Assembly (NCBI GenBank): GCA_964530035.1 | Contig: CAZGXZ010000003.1 | Coordinates: 1-32,252 of the forward strand | From: an uncultured Methanoregulaceae archaeon | GTDB lineage: Archaea; Halobacteriota; Methanomicrobia; Methanomicrobiales; Methanospirillaceae | Length of the DNA: 32,252 nucleotides | Direction of reading: 5' to 3' | In this document: positions 28,801 to 32,252 of the stretch, in pieces | Layout of the letters: each line of letters starts with the position of its first letter | Numbering within the stretch: the first letter of the stretch is position 1 | The notes under the pieces: model-generated | What the model was told of the DNA's origin: nothing | The model's database searches: none | The model's input: only the letters and a program-made list of their open reading frames with translations | Position numbers and translations under genes: made by a program

Positions 28801-29007
28801 AGCTCTGTTGAATTCCTCCATACCTCAACTTTTATTCAACCCATTTCAAGAGGTCTCCAGCAGCTGTAATTCCGATCAAAGGATCTAACAGAGCCGTTTT
28901 TTCGTTTTTACCTTGAACAGGCAGAGGATTAATGGGATGAGAACCGGGGGGCTGCCGCCCCCCAACCCTCTGCATACGATAGCCATGGCGAACCGTAGGG
29001 GTTTATT
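28801..29007. repeat. Dispersed non-coding repeat, module A (inverted relative to 1-326)
   Basis: Reverse complement aligns with 1-326; perfect hairpin GGGGGGC-TGCC-GCCCCCC at 28946-28963. Confidence 0.85.
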
Positions 29008-29071
29008 TGATGGAGGGTTGTTTGGGGAAATTTTTCAGCAGTTTCAATCTTCATCTGGTTTTTTATTCAGC

Positions 29072-29262
29072 TCGATGCCTTCATGAAGGGCCGTGGGTCC
29101 GTCGCCGGGACGCCCTTCGGGGGCTGCGGGATATCTTTCCGGGAGAGTGGGGATATACCCCCACCGAAGGGTTGATGGTTATCGGATATCGGGAAAGGTG
29201 CTGCTACGGGTATTCGCCAGGGGCTGGAACCATTCTGAAAGGTCGAAAAATTTCAGATCCCG
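29072..29262. repeat. Dispersed non-coding repeat, module B
   Basis: Colinear with the reverse complement of 32019-32210. Shared blocks: GGCCGTG, CGCCCTTCGGGGGC, GAAGGGTTGATGGTTAT, ATCGGGAA, AAAGGTCGA, AATTTCA. Confidence 0.85.
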
Positions 29263-29322
29263 GATCCATTCCCTCCGGCAGGGCATGTCTGAACGGAATG
29301 GGATACACCGTTGCTATTGGTT

Positions 29323-29895
29323 TCAGACCCTGCCGTTTCCGTTTTTATTCCGCATAAAGGCGCTTAAAGCGACGAGAAGGATAATAATCACAAGACCTGA
29401 TGCCAGGAAGAACACCGGTTCCTGGAAGGTGACAGGAGGTTTTCCAGCTGAAGAAGCACCGTCTGACTGGAATGTCATCGTCATGGACCGCTCGGCGCCT
29501 GACACAGGGTCCGTGGCAATGAGGACGTATGTCCCGTCGGGGACCTTTGTCTTGTCCAGCTGACCTTTAAAATGACGTTCCGTCTGGTCTCCGGGAGCTC
29601 CATCAGGGTCCAAAGCGATCCCGATAGTCTGGACCGTCGTTCCCCCGGGCTGTTTTTTCAGGGTGATGAGGAGGCGGTCCGGAGGGGCGAGGTCGGGGTT
29701 TCCGTGGAGTGACCAGTCCGCGTACACGGTCAGGGTGTTGTCGGCATGGTCCGACAGGAGGCTCAGTTCAATCACTGGTTGCGGGGGTATGACAGACGCC
29801 GTGGCAGGGAATGAGAGGGTGAGGGAAAGGCTGATGAGAAGGACAAGGGAAATAATGAGCGGCCGGCGTTTCAAACGGGCATCTGATGGTTTCAT
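29323..29895 (-). CDS. Hypothetical exported protein with C-terminal membrane anchor
   Basis: Signal peptide, beta-rich Ig-like-looking middle (VPDGTYVLIATD), C-terminal TM helix and basic tail. Confidence 0.8.
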   Translation of the reverse strand: MKPSDARLKRRPLIISLVLLISLSLTLSFPATASVIPPQPVIELSLLSDHADNTLTVYADWSLHGNPDLAPPDRLLITLKKQPGGTTVQTIGIALDPDGAPGDQTERHFKGQLDKTKVPDGTYVLIATDPVSGAERSMTMTFQSDGASSAGKPPVTFQEPVFFLASGLVIIILLVALSAFMRNKNGNGRV

Positions 29896-30164
29896 GCGAC
29901 TAGATAGACGGGGGATACCTTAAACCTATTTCGACGGGGATCCGGCCACCTGCCGCCAGGTTAGTGGTCCCTTAGAAACTGCTATCCCGACCGGGTTGGA
30001 CAACCCCGGACGGTCCGGGGAGGTACAGGAGCAAACCAGGACCGGAGATGCCGTTTCTGGTCTTTAAATCAACCGGCACTGAGTTTATACTGATGAAAAT
30101 CCAAGATAAATGATGGCTGCGGCCTCTGCCGCCTGCTACCACTTTGCCGAACGGGACCGTACCG

Positions 30165-31112
30165 ATGCTCTGCCCAACATGTGGATATCCCTGTCAGGAC
30201 CATGCTTTCTTCTGCTTAAACTGCGGGTCCCCCCTTACCCCCGACTCATCGGTCCCGGGAGGACCCGTTCTTTCCAGAAAAGTGCCCGGACCAGGCGTTA
30301 TTCCCGTTACAGACCCCGGGAAGATCTACGACCAGGGCACCGTTTATTTCAACAACGGAAATTATGCCACCGCACTCGTCTTGTTTTCAAAGGCCCTCGA
30401 GGCCGATCCGTCGCTTGACCGGGCCTGGAACGCAAAGGGAGCCAGCTATGCCAGACTGGGGCGGTACGGAGAGGCCCTGAAGTGTTACGAAAAAGCCCTC
30501 ATGCTGAAACCGGGTGACCGGAAATACCTTGACAACCGGCAAAAAAGCATTTTAAAACAGAGTGCCGACCCTTTCCGCCAGGTCCCGGTGAAATACATCG
30601 TCAATTCACAGACTCCTGACCCAACTTCCGTGACTTCTTCTTCTGTTCCGGGAGGTCCTGTCAGTTACGGGCCATATCGGGCAAACATACCCATCATGGC
30701 CCTTTGCCTGGCATTCTGGGCGGTTCCATTCCTGTCTTACTTCCTGGTGACGGGAGTGCAGGCATGGTCCTCACTCGTGCTGCTGGGAATCGCCACAGCC
30801 GGCGCCCTGCTGGCATACCGGGATGCCAGGTTCCTTGGTTCAGGGAAAAACCCTTCTGCCGCCGGCCTTGAACGGTGGAGGCCCGGGTCATGGGGGTGGT
30901 TCCTGTTCATCCTCTTCCCGGTATCATCGCTCGTCTATCTCCTAAAGAGGAAACGCATTTTCATGACCAACCGGGAGTCCCGGGACCTCCCCTATCTTCC
31001 AAAGACGCCCGGGCAGGTCGTTGTCAGGGGACTGGGGGTTCTTGTCATGCTGGCATCCGGTACCATGGTCATCGTTTCATTCATTCCCGTCATTTCCGGT
31101 CTGTTATCCTGA
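30165..31112 (+). CDS. Zinc-ribbon plus TPR plus multi-TM membrane protein
   Basis: MLCPTCG...FCLNCG ribbon; TPR motifs (YDQGTVYFNNGNYATALVLFSKALEADP, AWNAKGASYARLGRYGEALKCYEKAL); about 4 TM helices. Confidence 0.88.
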   Translation: MLCPTCGYPCQDHAFFCLNCGSPLTPDSSVPGGPVLSRKVPGPGVIPVTDPGKIYDQGTVYFNNGNYATALVLFSKALEADPSLDRAWNAKGASYARLGRYGEALKCYEKALMLKPGDRKYLDNRQKSILKQSADPFRQVPVKYIVNSQTPDPTSVTSSSVPGGPVSYGPYRANIPIMALCLAFWAVPFLSYFLVTGVQAWSSLVLLGIATAGALLAYRDARFLGSGKNPSAAGLERWRPGSWGWFLFILFPVSSLVYLLKRKRIFMTNRESRDLPYLPKTPGQVVVRGLGVLVMLASGTMVIVSFIPVISGLLS

Positions 31113-31274
31113 TATTCCAGTAAAAGGAGACCGTGCTGCCATGCATCACGCCATACATAGACCCCTCCCAACGGTACAGCCTCCCGCGTCCGGCACCTGT
31201 CAGGGGGAATTTCTCTCCGGATTACGGATATGAAGGCATTATAAGGGCCGTGGTCCAAATAATGGCAGGTATTC

Positions 31275-31904
31275 ATGCGGGACCAGGTCTGTTTCATCGT
31301 ATCGTGTGTTATCGCCATCCTCCTCCTCTCCTCCGTCCAGGCGTCCTCGGCAGCCAGGATATCGGTTCAGGACATGAACGTACGCCCCAACGGGGAGACA
31401 TCCGCAACCCTCGTGCTGGATGCCATCCCCCAGGGCATCTCGGTCTATGATATCACGGCCAATATCACCGACCCGGCAAAAGCGCTGGTAACACGGGTGG
31501 AATACCCGGCATGGGCAAAGTTTTCCCGCCCACAGCCGGCCCCTGCCGGTCACGCCAGGCTCATGGTCATCAGCGACGGGTCGGCTCCGCGGGACAACCT
31601 TGTCCTTGCGACCGTCACGATAACGGGTATCGCTCCGGGAAGTACCTTCATGAAGCTCACCGTTAACGAGCTGAGGGATACGAAGGGAGAGGTCGTGCCG
31701 GTGGAGGTATCAGGCGGTACCATCCTGGTCTCGGGAGAATCTGCCGGGGGCCGCCCGCTCACCGCTGCCGTGCAGGGGGCTGCCTTTCCGGCGAATGAAA
31801 GCATGGCCACCCCGGCACGGCATGCACCCGGGTTCGGGGTCATGATGGGTATCGCGGGCACGCTTGGAGCTGCAGCTGTCATCGCACGCGGCAAGTCTGC
31901 CTGA
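31275..31904 (+). CDS. Cell-surface protein with cohesin-like beta domain and PGF-CTERM archaeosortase sorting signal
   Basis: Signal peptide; beta-sandwich pattern (LATVTITGIAPG); C-terminal APGFG, hydrophobic helix and RGK. Confidence 0.8.
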   Translation: MRDQVCFIVSCVIAILLLSSVQASSAARISVQDMNVRPNGETSATLVLDAIPQGISVYDITANITDPAKALVTRVEYPAWAKFSRPQPAPAGHARLMVISDGSAPRDNLVLATVTITGIAPGSTFMKLTVNELRDTKGEVVPVEVSGGTILVSGESAGGRPLTAAVQGAAFPANESMATPARHAPGFGVMMGIAGTLGAAAVIARGKSA

Positions 31905-32018
31905 TGAAGGGTACCCGAAGGTTCCGGACAATTTCAACAGAACTAAAAAATCTCGCTATGAACGAACAATTCTCCCTTGCCTGACCTAATTGTCAGGTAA
32001 TCTGCATGATTGAAGAAA

Positions 32019-32210
32019 CGGGACTTGAAATTGATCGACCTTTTAATACATATCCAGACCTTGCCGGATTCAAGCAGCATCACCGTTCCCGATTTTCAAT
32101 AACCATCAACCCTTCAGTGGGGGGGATACTCCCCTACTCACAAAACGATACCCCGCCGCCCCCGAAGGGCGCCCCGGCGGTGGTCTCACGGCCTTTCATA
32201 AAGAATTCGA
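32019..32210. repeat. Dispersed non-coding repeat, module B (inverted relative to 29072-29262)
   Basis: Near-ungapped alignment by eye to 29072-29262; weak similarity may continue toward the window end. Confidence 0.85.
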
Positions 32211-32252
32211 ACCGGAAAAAACCCGCTGAAATGAAAAAACGAGGGAATAATA

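Noticed and set aside
29007..29563. ORFs 29007-29357 and 29093-29563 as genes or transposase remnants
   Set aside because: They overlie the non-coding repeat and the antisense strand of a better gene, and have no transposase motifs.
31931..31944. ATTTCAACAGAACT as a terminal inverted repeat of the dispersed element
   Set aside because: It resembles the module A end, but its orientation and isolation do not fit an element boundary and the match is too short to support.

Overview
Probably a draft-assembly scaffold (two 10-N gaps) from a methanogenic archaeon, most likely Methanomicrobiales/Methanoregulaceae. This is inferred from a PGF-CTERM protein, a wHTH-PAS protein, TATA-type promoters and poly-HAMP soluble chemoreceptors. 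The window is accessory and rich in signalling genes. Left part: TspO, a QueG/RdhA-like Fe-S protein, an atypical FabH-like enzyme, a 5TM-LytS/PP2C phosphatase, and a chemosensory block (REC-PAS-HAMP chemoreceptor, receiver protein, CheW, a second soluble chemoreceptor, wHTH-4xPAS). The middle part is the most striking. A TIR protein with three zinc ribbons sits divergent from a PrsW intramembrane protease with three similar zinc ribbons. These are followed by a frameshifted zinc-ribbon/TM2-like gene, a SHOCT membrane protein, an ArsR-HTH-FHA regulator and a membrane Ser/Thr kinase; a zinc-ribbon-TPR membrane protein lies further right. Together they form a candidate membrane-stress or immune signalling system. 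Right part: a repeat protein, a GT39 + GtrA pair, a CHASE4 histidine kinase with Tyr at the phospho-His position, and surface proteins. A non-coding, hairpin-rich dispersed repeat occurs as a two-part copy at about 28801-29262, with one part again at each end of the window. No rRNA, tRNA, CRISPR array or transposase was seen. All calls come from reading motifs by eye; no database searches were run.
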